64,000 nt of DNA from Octopus sinensis (lineage: Eukaryota): contig NC_043003.1 in the NCBI RefSeq assembly GCF_006345805.1, forward strand, positions 49,228,001 through 49,292,000, given 5' to 3'. The notes below the pieces were generated by a model that was not told the DNA's origin, made no database searches, and was given only the letters and a program-made list of their open reading frames with translations. Positions 51,930 to 64,000 of this stretch are shown here, one piece after another; position 1 is the stretch's first letter; every line of letters begins with the position of its first letter. The translations under genes and the position numbers were made by a program.

Positions 51930-52300
51930 GCTGATTAACTATGGACGTGTTTCGAACTTAAAGTAAAAGATAATTTGTAGTCAATGATCCACAATGCCAA
52001 GGCAGATTCCATCCTGACTAAGTGCTTATTTCTCACTATCGTTATCTTTTTGGCACTTTCACAGAAAATTACTGCGGCAGTAGTCTTAATTGGCCCCACA
52101 TTCTTCTTCATGTAGCGTATGGTGATTTCGTTAACAACATAATAGCAACCTACTGCAGTATAACTTTACCTTCAGGAACATATCCAGCAGTTGTATTTTC
52201 TCATGGAGAGTCATAATCTTTTTCTGGCGCTTAGGCTCACTGCCATAAACTTTAGAAAGTGCAGGGCGTTTGGGCCGTATCTTAGGGCTTTAATAACACG
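51930..52300 (-). mobile_element. Tigger/pogo transposase N-terminal remnant
   Basis: Minus translation EPKRQKKIMTLHEKIQLLDM...NEITIRYMKKN...VRNKHLVRMESALALWIID, matching the CENP-B-type HTH region of Tigger transposases. Confidence 0.75.
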
Positions 52301-52352
52301 CTGTGAAAAATACAACACTTAACAAAATACTCGAGATAGCTACTGGACGCAG

Positions 52353-52452
52353 NNNNNNNNNNNNNNNNNNNNNNNNNNNNNNNNNNNNNNNNNNNNNNNN
52401 NNNNNNNNNNNNNNNNNNNNNNNNNNNNNNNNNNNNNNNNNNNNNNNNNNNN
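52353..52452. other. Assembly gap (100 N)
   Basis: Run of N. Confidence 1.
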
Positions 52453-53371
52453 GTCTTTGTCTGAAAACCTACACAGTTTCAATCCTTGTAAAATCTCCTT
52501 CTCTAACTTGTCTAAACACTAAAGCCTGCGACATGAATCTTGTATACTATCGAAGAGACATGACCCAATCAGCTTGCAAATTCGGCAACTTTCCTTCAAG
52601 GGTCGTCTGCTTTTCTCATTATTGTATGCCTTCTCACGTGGCTACAGCTATTGTTGACGAGCTAACGAGAGAGAGGATCCGACGTGGTCACTTGACTTGC
52701 TAGAAATAATAGCAAAATCTCTTTTAAAAATCATCCTACCGACTTAAGAAAATAAGTAGACAATAAATAATATTGCTCTAGATATATCATTTGGATACGA
52801 CGGAGTGGTCATAGCTTATATGTCTGAATAAGTCTGCCTTGTACAAAGCAGCAGCAGCGACAACAACGACTACAATAATGGATGATTTTTCAATACTTCA
52901 AATAGTCACTTAACCGTTTCTTTCTTCATTATACTCATTTTATATATTTTTTTTTATTTTCTACTATTCGCCTTTCCAACTTACACCGCTTTTTCAAAGA
53001 TTTTCCACTTTTCCTGACTGAAAAATCATAACGTCCAACGCTTGACTTCCAAATGACAGATATTAGACTATAAACGTAATTTATAATAATCAGAGTTGAC
53101 AAGTGGGTTTGGCTTTTCGTCTTTTTTTTTTTCACTCCAAGAAAAAGGCTATAACGAAAACGTATACTTATACAGAAAAAGTCACCTCGCTTAAGTGTGT
53201 CCCTTTGTTCTGAGAAGATCACTAAAAGAAAGACTGCTGATACACATAGACAAATAAAAACATGATAACATATATGCAAACAAATCAATAAGCTTATACA
53301 CAAACACGCAACACTAATACGCAAGCACACAAATAATCTCTCTCTCTCTCTCCCCCTTCTCTCTCTATCTA

Positions 53372-53403
<32 letters not shown>

Positions 53404-53408
53404 CCCCC

Positions 53409-53441
<33 letters not shown>

Positions 53442-53499
53442 AAGTGAGATAGGGAAAATGAGATAGATATATATAATAGCACATATTCTTCTTTATTCT

Positions 53500-53898
53500 T
53501 TTATTCTTTTACTTGTTTCAGTCATTTGACTATGGCTATGCTGGAGCACCGCTTTTACTCGAGCAAATCGACCCCAGGACTTCTTGTAAGTCTAGTACTT
53601 ATTCTATCGTCTCTTTTGCTGAATCACTAAGTTACGGGGACGTAAGCACACAAACATCGGTTGTCAAGCGATGGTGGGGTACAAGCACAGACACACAAAC
53701 ACACACACACACACACCACACACACACACACATTATATATATATATATACGACGTGCTTTTTTCAGTTTCCGACTACCAAATCCATTCACAAGTCTTTGG
53801 TCGGCCCGAGCCTAGAGTAAAAGACACTTGCCGTGGGACTGAACCCGCAACCATGTGGTTGGTAAGCAAGCTACTTATCACACACCCACTCCTGCGCC
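53500..53898 (-). mobile_element. SINE family B
   Basis: Reverse complement of the family B consensus. Confidence 0.85.
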
Positions 53899-54327
53899 TA
53901 CATGTACACACACATAGAAAAAGCATAATGATATTGATAAGGAGAATAATGGTAATAATAATTACAACAAAAATCAGGAAAAAGAAAAGAACAAAATAGC
54001 ACCACAGGCATGGTCCACCATCACAAGCCGAGGGATCACGGGTACACTGAGGAATAGTGAGACCAGTATCTGGAAAACATCAAGGATAGACAAGGTACCT
54101 CACCAATACCCATACCCCACATAGCAGCAACATTTAACTTGATGATGCGGAAGGACAAACCACTCTAATACCCAAAATAATAAAGCAGACAAAAAAATAA
54201 TACTATGCACTCACAAAATTATAGGGACCGTAAGTCTGTGAAGTGAAGTTTTTCAACCCACACATGCCGTGCCTCTGTCCCTCCCTCCCGTGTATATATA
54301 TATATATATATATAATATATATTATAT

Positions 54328-54377
<50 letters not shown>

Positions 54378-54613
54378 ATATTTCGGAATGTCATATTCCC
54401 AGTTTAGCCAATAAAAACACACGCACTATATATTTGGTGTTATTTTGCTTCAGTGTTATTAATATATAGTGCATGTGTTTTTATTGGCTAAACTGGCAAT
54501 ATGACCATTCCGAAATATAAAATATCTGTTTCAACACACGACTTCACATAAAAAATCTTGCACAACAAATATTTAAACGTATATATATATATATATATGT
54601 GTGTGTATGGTGT

Positions 54614-54654
<41 letters not shown>

Positions 54655-55546
54655 TGTGCGTGCGTGTGTATATCCTTGAAAAACACAAAGATTCTTACTT
54701 TTTAAAAATAAATGAACAGGGGTGTTTCAGAATGCGATCGTTGCATATCTGCAATGATTTATTGGTTAATCGTCATCGTCTGTGTTCTCTCTGTCGAAGA
54801 TACCTCCACAGTTTCTGAAACATGTGTTCGTTAGGTAGTAAGTTTGATTAGTGTAAAGGAAGAGTTTTTCGTTTGACTCCCTTGTGCGCTTGGTCTTCGT
54901 ACCCTCGTATACATTGTAAAACTGTGCTAAGACGACGAGAGGCCTATCCACACGCAGAGAGACGTTTGTACTGCAGTCTGGCGTGGTCCACCTTGACGTC
55001 TTCTCTCAGTGTGCATGAGGCAACGACAGGGTCCAATAGTGGGATTTTAATACTTTGGCCGAATTTGAAGTCAGAAAACACCCTGCAAGAAATCTTGTCT
55101 TGTGCACTAACAATCCCGTCAATCCACTATCCGAGACAGGGAACTTTTTACATTATCATCGACCTCTGGAAATGTGGATGTTGACCATGGTGAGATTTGA
55201 TCTCGGATCGTAGAGATATGGAGCAAATACTTAAAAAATTATTCTATGAGATACTCTTGAAACTGTCAAGTCGTTGCCTCATTGGCTGTAAGATTAGAAA
55301 TGAAAAGAATCGATTCGCTTCGAAATCTTTATTGTCGTTTGAATTGGCGCTGTATATACTTTTATATTCAGCTTCACACTTCTCAAGAGATAGAACACAT
55401 ACAAACGTTCAGGAAAATTCAATTATTTTCTGTCATAGACAAACGTTCTTAGCTTCGTTGTGGTCTGATGATAAATCCTTTAACACTTCACAATATATAT
55501 TCTTGTTCAAATCCATCCATACACACGCAGAGACACACATATACGT

Positions 55547-55598
<52 letters not shown>

Positions 55599-55602
55599 GT
55601 GC

Positions 55603-55745
55603 GGGCAGGCATCGTTGTGCGGTAGAAAGCTTGCTTTCCAACCACATGGTTCCTGGTTCAGTCCCACTGTGTTCTACTATAACATTGGGTCAACCAAAGC
55701 CTTGTGAATAGATTTGGTAGACAGAAACTGAAAAAAGACCGTCAT
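55603..55745 (+). mobile_element. SINE family B, 5' part
   Basis: CAACCACATGGTTCCTGGTTCAGTCCCACTG...CCAAAGCCTTGTGAATAGATTTGGTAGACAGAAACTG. Confidence 0.75.
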
Positions 55746-56250
55746 GTATGCACACACATACACAACCATACACACACACATACACACACGCTCATATATG
55801 TACGTGTGTGTGTGCATACATATATATAGCCCCTATCACACACACATATATATGCATATATGTTTATCTATATATATCTATATCTATATCCATATCTCTC
55901 TCTCACTCACTCTCTCTTCTCTCTCTCTCTCTATATATATATATATAATATATTATGTGAAATAGAAAGATGAATAATCTTGTAGTAGATTAATCAAAAG
56001 TTTAACCGTACCTTAGTAGCAAAATCACATGGTTTCGCCATGGCTCTTAGGCATAGTTCGATTGCTTTTGCTCCGCCTCTGTTCTGTTTTTGTTTTTCCA
56101 GCGGATTCCTTTTTTCTTCTGAAGAGAAAGACACAATATGGTCCCATTATTCAATCGGATTTGGTATATTTGTGCTTCGAAAAACACGGTAGAATGAAAT
56201 AAAACATTCTGTTCAATCTGCGTTCAGCTCCATTTCTTCAATTCACCAAT

Positions 56251-56291
<41 letters not shown>

Positions 56292-56364
56292 TATATATAT
56301 AATATATAGATATATAGACACATATAAATACATATACATATAACACACTCACACGTACATATAT

Positions 56365-57130
56365 GAGGGCGTCAAACAAGAAGATAGCAACTCTCTAAAG
56401 CTCTACACCGCATGTATCGAAATGGTCATCAAAGACATTGATTGGAAAGATGGCGTCAACATCATCATCGGCGAGTTAATAACATATATCTGATTCGTAG
56501 ACGACATCTTATTCATCGCAGAAACCTCAGTTTAGCTGCAGACCCTGGTTGTTAGAGCTGGACACCCAGAGCTCAGCAATAGTCCTCAAAATATACCAAA
56601 TAAAAACAAAATATGCGTGGCTAAAAAACATGGAAGAAAGCCGAATAATGTTCGGAAATTGAGGAAGTGAAGGAGTACGTCGACTTGGGACAGACAATAG
56701 ATATATACCAAACCTGAACTCTGATGTCTCGCGCAGAATAAGAGCAGGATGGAAGACGTTTGTCTCGATTAAAGATATGTTCAACGCAATGCTGAATATG
56801 ATTCTGTGTGCCAATATTTACGATAGTACCATTCTACCTGCATTCTTATACGCACATAAGACGTGGACTACTTCAAAGATAGATGAACAGTGACTGGCTA
56901 CGACACGGAGGACCCGGGAAAGATTCGTGATCAGAATGTTATTGCGGAAATATATCCGAAACGTGGTCATTTGAAACCGGAGTGTAGTGAACGATGTGAT
57001 GGAAATATATCATAGAACACAATTTCTGCTGGTTCAGATGTGTCGCAAGTCTCACAGACCGTGGAATTTCAAGTGGTATCTAAGGAAAAGACCTCTCGAA
57101 TAAACCTCCAAAATAATGCCAAGACAAGTA
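56365..57130 (+). mobile_element. Decayed RTE-clade LINE reverse transcriptase fragment
   Basis: GVKQED..S.KLYTACIE, FVDDILFIA, KTKY, EYVDLGQ, RRIRAGWK.F motifs with stops. Confidence 0.8.
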
Positions 57131-57409
57131 GAATAAATTCGATCCTAAATAGAAGTAAGAAATGGAACAATAAAGGAAGAATGCAAACGCATTGCGGCCA
57201 GTGATGAGTAGATCATTTGATAATCAGTTAGATTGAGAGAGATATTTAAGTGTGTGTGTACACACAGACACACACACACACTGACACACAGACGCACACA
57301 CACACACACACACACAACACACACACACACACACACACACACAGACCATTCGATACCAATGATCAACTTCTAATTGTTAATTGTTGCTCCATTTTTTCTC
57401 TATCTATCT

Positions 57410-57535
57410 TTTCGGGGTCGATAAATTAAGTACCAGCTACGCACTGGGGTCGATGTAATCGACTTAATTCCTTTGTCTGTCCTTGTTTGTCCCCTCTATG
57501 TTTAGCCCCTTGTGGGCAATAAAGAAATAAGAAAG
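57410..57535 (+). mobile_element. SINE family A, 5'-truncated monomer
   Basis: CTTTTCGGGGTCGATAAATTAAGTACCAG...GTGGGCAATAAAGAAATAAGAA. Confidence 0.8.
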
Positions 57536-57899
57536 GAGAATTATTGCCATGCAACTGAACGGCCACTGTAACCAGTTACTTTCAGTGTTGGCCTTAGTCC
57601 TTGGTCATATATGATTGTGTAGACCGATGGTCAAGCTCGTTTCATCCACACCTGTGTGATTACTATGCCAGACAACGCATATATGCGCATATTTATAATT
57701 CACCGTTATTTTCTAAAACGATGCGTATGATTTGAGAGCGATTTGGCTGCTGTTTGTAGCAAGTCTATCTACCACATAAACATTTTCACGTCGGCTCTAT
57801 TGTAACCTGCAACCTGTAAAGAGCCAAACTCAAGATTAGTGTCATCAATTTTCCAAGCTGTCAATAAAGTTCTCAAGTGATTTTGAGTTCTTGGAACTG

Positions 57900-57952
57900 G
57901 AGAGATGATGATGATGATGATGATAATTATGATGATGATGATGATGATAATT

Positions 57953-58000
<48 letters not shown>

Positions 58001-58510
58001 ATGACGATGACGATGATGATGATGATGATGATGATGTTGATGATGATGCTGAGGAAGATGATGATGGGGATGATGATGGGGATGATGATGGGGATGATGA
58101 TGGGGATGATGATGATGACGACGACGATTATGATCACGATGATGGTCACGATGATGGTGATAATGATGATGATGGTGGTGGTGGTGATAATGATGGTGAT
58201 GATAATGGTGATGACGATGATGTTGATGATGATTGTGGTGATGATGATGATCACGATGATGATGATCACGATGATGATAATAAGGAAGATGATGATGGGA
58301 AGGATAATGATGATGATGAAGCTGATGATGAAGCTGATGATGATGATTATGATGATGATGATGATGATGATAGTGAGAAAGATGATGAAAATAAGGATAA
58401 CGACAACGACGACGACGACGATTATTACGATGATGGTGATGATGACGAGGCGAATGACCACAACTGTGGCGATGACGACAACAACGGCGACGATGAAAAT
58501 GATTACATAC
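57900..58510. repeat. (GAT)n-based mosaic triplet repeat
   Basis: Directly visible. Confidence 0.95.
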
Positions 58511-58636
58511 GATGTCAGTTTGTTAATTAATATTAAACGGTGGAATCGTTGGTTAACTAAAATGATTTTCAAAATTCTGTGTCAATTGCTTAAGAGTATC
58601 AGATGAAGGATTCACAATTTACAGTTAAAGTAACGA

Positions 58637-58680
58637 CCCCACCCGACCCCACCCGACCCCACCCGACCCCATCCCCACTA
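58637..58680 (-). repeat. 10-bp tandem (GGGGTCGGGT)x3, G-quadruplex-capable on the minus strand
   Basis: CCCACCCGACCCCACCCGACCCCACCCGACCCCATCCCCAC on the + strand. Confidence 0.7.
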
Positions 58681-59235
58681 GTTGACGTTCACATCCTGAC
58701 TCTTCAATAAGTTATGTCAGATTTGGTTGATTGAGATTCTCTGACAAGCAATACCCGTCAACAAGGTGGAGAATGTTGGAAGTTTTGAATTATGGGGTCG
58801 AGGGATGAAGCCATCACTTTCTTCAGGAATTAAACAGCGTAGGTGGTGTGGGTATCACGGTATGGTTGTTAAAGGATCTATTTCATAACTACTAGGGGTT
58901 TTGTGTACTGAATTCGATCCCAACCCCCTACGACAACCATGTGCACGTGGCTGTTTACTTCCGTCATAGTTTGAGGTTGAACAAATATGATGTGTGTGAA
59001 ATTTGGTAGGCAGAAAATGTGCCGAAGCGTCTCTCTCTCTCTCTCTCTCTCCATCTATCTATCTCTCACACACATGCATATATATACATACTAAATATGC
59101 ATACATACATTTATACACACGTATACGCACACACATACACACACACATATATATATACACACATATATTTACATATGTATGTATATACATAAATATATAT
59201 GCACACATGTACATATATATACATATATAAATATG

Positions 59236-59267
<32 letters not shown>

Positions 59268-59441
59268 ATATATATATATATATACATATATAAATATGTA
59301 TATATATATATGTATGTATATATATATATATACACACTTCTATATGTATACACACACACATACATACACATGCACACACACACACACACACACACACACA
59401 ACACATATATATATATATGTATATACATACATACGGATATA

Positions 59442-60726
59442 TATTAAGTTGTCCGTAAAGTTCTGAGCGTTTTTCAATATGCAAAATGGCATATCAATAA
59501 TTGACCTTCCAATAAATTTTAGTCAATGAAATAATTTCCATTATTATTAATGACATTTGCCCATCTATCAGGAAATTTAAATATTGCATCAGCAGAAAAT
59601 TTGACTGGCTTTGAAGAAAAAAGTCATTTAGATGCATCTAAATCGTTAAATGTTTTTCCTTGCGATGAGTTCTGTAGACAAAAACTAGTGGTAGTCGGAT
59701 GGCACAATATCAGGAGAATATGGTGGATGGGGTAAGAGATCCCAGCGAAGTTCATGTAATTTTGTCCGGGTAGCCAAAGACACATGTGGTCGGGCATTGT
59801 CTTGTTGGGCCACTACTCCTTTCCTGTTAGTAATTTCCGGTCCTGATTCTTTGATTTTTGGGTTCGAATAAGCCAGTTGACGACAGTACACATCACAATT
59901 AATGGTCTGCTGTTGTGGGAGAAGCTCATAATAAATAACGCCTTTATGATCCCACCAAACACAAAGCATAGTGTTTTGACATGAATATCCGTCTTTGGTT
60001 GTTGTTTTGGGGGATTCTTACTCAAACTCTATGATCTTTTTTTGCACTAAATTTTCATACACAATCTAGCTTTCATACACAATCCATTTTTCATTATTTG
60101 GTTTCAAATAAGGCATGCTTTCATTCCATTTCAAAAGAATATCACAAACGAGTTAACGGTCCAAGCAATTATTTTCTGAGAGTTTGTGAGGGATTCATCC
60201 ATTATAGCGAGAAATGTATCCTAGCTTCATTAGGTGTTCATGAACCGTACTTTTAGAAACTTCCAACTCCTCTGCCAGTTCTCTAGTCTTGATTTTAAAG
60301 TTTTCTTTGAATTTTGCCTTCAAAACATCTTCATCCAATTTCGATGGTCTTCCACTGCGACTGTTATCTTCAAAGTTAAACTCTCCAGCTTTAAATTTTG
60401 CAAACTACCTTTGAACACTTGATTCGCCTTCAGCCTCATCACCATAAACTTCAGAAATGCTTTTGCAAATCATTGCAATATTTTCTCCTTTTTTAAGAAA
60501 GCAAAGCATTGCAACGCGTATATGAAAGCTTTTGTTATCCATTTCAAATATCAATAAAGGGTAACCAGAATGAAAGCTAAATCTATTTTCAGTCAGGAAC
60601 AAAGAAGAAATGCACTACCACTTCAAGCAATGTCAAAGTTTTAACTGTGTTACGTTTCAGGTCTGTTCAACGAAGCATTAAAAGATTTAGCTTAAAAGCA
60701 ATCAGAACTTTCCGGACAACTTAATA
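59442..60726 (-). mobile_element. Full-length defective mariner (1285 bp), mellifera-like
   Basis: TIRs TATTAAGTTGTCCGTAAAGTTCTGA / TCAGAACTTTCCGGACAACTTAATA with TA flanks; MLCVWWDHKGVIYYELL, NRKGVV.QQDNARPH, HPPYSPDIVPSDYH. Confidence 0.93.
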
Positions 60727-60910
60727 TATAGCTATAGTTATATATACAAATATATATTTATACATACATACATACATACATACATACATACATACATACA
60801 TACATACACACATACATACATACATAATACATACATACATACATATTTACACACACTTATATATATGTACACATATACACATGTAAATATATGTTTATTT
60901 TCTCTTTTTC

Positions 60911-60946
60911 CTTTCTGCTGAAGAACATAGGTTCGAAACGTAAAAG
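60911..60946 (+). ncRNA. Minimal type I hammerhead ribozyme-like motif with A6C variant
   Basis: CUUU-CUGCUGA-A-GAAC(AUAG)GUUC-GAAAC-GUA-AAAG: 4-bp helix I, 4-bp helix II, palindromic ACGU helix III. Confidence 0.5.
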
Positions 60947-61855
60947 ACTATTTCATTTCCTGAGCGTCAAACTAATACACTTGCTTTTGTTCATACACCT
61001 GTCTTCGTCTTTTGTTTTTATATAAATTTCAACTATATATATATGTGTGTGTTTATATGTTGTGTGCGTGTACGCGCGCACGTATTTTTGAGAAGAACGG
61101 TAGTTATCGATACATTCAAGTAAGGCAGAAACCAATTTCAGTCGATTCAGCTTGGGACCAACTTCTGTTGATCTACACAAAGAAACACACACGCATACAC
61201 ACACCACTTATAGATATTTACTTAGATGCGTTTGTGTGTATTTGTGTGCGTGCACTTGTGTTTACAAGTTGCTTTGATTTTATAACAGAGATGTTTCAAG
61301 AAGAAGTGACGTAAACGAAATCGGCACAAAATCGGTCCGAGCTTGAAACAAAGGCATCTTAATATGTATGCTTGTTATCTCTTTATTTTTTATTACACAA
61401 TAACTTCATTTTAAAATAACAAAATACCGAAAGAAAGATAAACACTTTAGAATAGTAAGCAAGTAAATACAGCTTATAAATCATTTATGAGTTGCAAAAT
61501 ATTACTCGAAGTAACTAATTAGCACTTCTGTTTAAAAAATGAATGATCACTTCACAAGTCATTGTATATGAACTAGTATTATAGGTAACAGCTATTACTG
61601 CAAAACAAAGTATCTTTTGTTTTCATGACTTGTTCATAAAGAATGACGTGTAGACAAAACGAAAAGATCTTCATTTCGAATGCCTACCGTAGTTTTGCAC
61701 TGATTAGTCGAAGTAGTTCCTGTAGCGCCGGAGCAACGATAAAAATACAACCGACTTGGGCGAATATGAAACTGGGAATATTCACACAGTGTAAAATCAG
61801 GGTAGCCTATACGCAAACGCGCATGCAAACATACACAGGCATCCACGCACACATC

Positions 61856-62073
61856 TATTTCTTTACTGCCCAGAAGGGGCTAAACATAGAGGGGATAAAC
61901 AAGGACAGACGAAGGGATTGAGTCAATTATATCGCCCCCAGTGCGAAACTGGTACTTTATTTATCGACCTCGAAAGGATGAAAGGCAAAGTTGACCTCGG
62001 CGGAATTTGAACGTAACGACAGACGAAATACCGCTAAGTATTTCGCCCGGCGCACTAACGTGTCTGCCAGCTC
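61856..62073 (-). mobile_element. SINE family A monomer with perfect 17-bp TSD
   Basis: GCATCCACGCACACATC at 61839-61855 and 62074-62090. Confidence 0.9.
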
Positions 62074-63245
62074 GCATCCACGCACACATCATCCCACAAA
62101 TATCCGTGCTCGTCTACCGTTTGCACGAAACACTTCTTCATTGTGGTGAATGGCTCTATGTACAAATTCAGGACATCCCACCTCTTCTTAAGACACATTA
62201 GGCTGCCATATTTGTGCATCGCATGCTTCCTTTAAGTTCTTCATATTTTAAGACCTTCCTTCCATGAGTCTATTCCATATTGCCTTCTCTAGTCACCGCT
62301 AAGTTAACACTTTTTTTTTGTTTTTAGTGAACTCAAGCTGTAAAAACAGGATGTGTTTGTGTCTGTGTTCGTACCCTACCACGCTGCATGACAATCCATG
62401 TTGGTTTGGTTACGTTCTCCTAACTTAGCAGTTCGGCGTAAAAGACCGATAGAATAAGTACTGGGGTTGATTCGTACGAGTATAATAATGGCTGCAGTCT
62501 AATGACTGAAAGAAACCAATCATTAAAAAAAAAAAAGATACCGACCAATTTCACAGGAACGCAGTCAGTTCGTTCTTCCTATTAATTCTGAATACTTACG
62601 CTAATTCTTTTTTTTTTTTTTTTTTAGCTTTTGTTTCACTTCGCGTCAAGAATTTCATGCAGACATTAATTGTGAGCGAACTGGTCAAATAAATATTTGA
62701 TAATATTCTTTAGTTCTGCTCTCAGTAGTTCTCTTGCCAGTTTAAATCAAACATTATTAGGCATAATAGAACAGTGAAATAATCGTTAGTTGTTAATTCC
62801 TTTCAAGGCTTTACAGCTATTTTTGATGTCGGTGTCTCTCTTTCTGTTTTGTCACATTTTATCATAATTTGGTTGATCAGCTTGAGCAATTAAATAACCA
62901 TTTCCTCTCTTACTGTATTTCTATAATAAATAACGTGCTGTTAAACAAGAACAGAAGAGAACTAACAATCAAATGATAACACACATACTCACAAACACAC
63001 ACACACACATATTAATACTCGATTTTATGTCGAGTTTTAATAAACTATTTTTACATTAAACTGAAAGATTACGCAGTAGTTTTTATAGAGCGCGTGTTTA
63101 CTATGCTTTTGCAAGTACAGTGGTGACAATGACTTCGTAGTTTCGACCTGCTGCCGTTATCGAACTATCTGATGAAGAGTAACCGCCCGAAACTTGGAGG
63201 CCACTGGACTCTACTTTCTTTGAAAAAGTATATGAAATTAACATG

Positions 63246-63288
<43 letters not shown>

Positions 63289-63645
63289 CGTTGCTATTAT
63301 GTTAAACTGTCGTATGTCCAAATTTGGCCAAGTGGGTTTTTTTAAATGTTTATTTTTGCTTCCAGTAGCCGGTTTTTTTTGTCAAACTATCGTATTTCCG
63401 GATGCGAAGGTATTAAAAATTGTCAAAGTGTAGTACAGCGGTTTTGCTATGAAATGGTGAAACTATTCTTTCGTATTCTGAAAAAGCAACGTTTTGTACT
63501 CACGACACTTTTGCATAATAGCAACGAATGCAGGCGTGGCCGTGTGGTAACTGTGCCAGTTCTTTACTCATCATCTATTTATACATCTTGTATAACTTTT
63601 CCATTATATGTCTTTCTTTCAGATTGTTACTTTACATATATATAT

Positions 63646-63714
<69 letters not shown>

Positions 63715-64000
63715 AACGACGCACAAACAAGGCGGTGCCCCAGCATGGCCGCAAACTAATGACTGAAGCAAGTAAAAGATAAAAGATAAAAGAAAAAAGA
63801 TACACATGGAGGCAAGCACAAAATAACATGCTGAGTACCTTCCATACTTTCTATTAAACAGGCGATGCAGATTTCACTTCATATTTCCAGAATCTTGATG
63901 CATTGAAATTGAAATTTAAAATACTTATAATTAGCTTTAATATTCCTATTTCAGCCTATTTATCTGCATGATTATGTCATTTGTATCATTATAGAATCAG

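Noticed and set aside
56102-56200. Strong pyrimidine-rich acceptor and short open frames
   Set aside because: The phase-0 frame stops after six codons and the donors are weak.
57877-58530. 217-aa Asp-rich ORF reminiscent of acidic biomineralisation proteins
   Set aside because: It is a (GAT)n mosaic like several others in the window, open in multiple frames, with no signal peptide or convincing splice sites.
63165-63200. CTGATGA...GAAAC hammerhead-like string
   Set aside because: Helix II has a mismatch, no GUH follows GAAAC, and there is no helix I.

Overview
Eukaryotic, AT-rich, microsatellite-dense DNA with no prokaryotic features and no CRISPR array. The repeat families and the (TA)n/(TACA)n/triplet load most resemble an Octopus (cephalopod) genome; this is recognised from memory, not from a database search. 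Most of the window is intronic or intergenic repeat landscape. It holds several tRNA-derived SINE families (many copies, some multimeric) and two full-length but decayed mariner transposons. It also holds a 5'-truncated Neptune-type Penelope-like element (RT plus GIY-YIG), a decayed R4/Dong LINE, RTE, Tigger, maT-like and other mariner remnants, and many fold-back MITEs. Nearly all ORFs in the supplied track are microsatellite artefacts. Up to four short, phase-compatible + strand candidate exons suggest an unidentified host gene with very long introns. The most interesting signals are: (1) SINE multimers, each bounded by a single target-site duplication; (2) two unrelated direct-repeat/spacer/direct-repeat mini-elements sitting in (TA)n, plus a minimal hammerhead-like motif, consistent with non-autonomous Penelope-mobilised elements; (3) a fold-back element carrying tRNA-like Pol III promoters in both arms; (4) an inverted pair of decayed paralogous ORFs flanking a candidate exon. 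All alignments and folds were done by eye and most boundaries are approximate.
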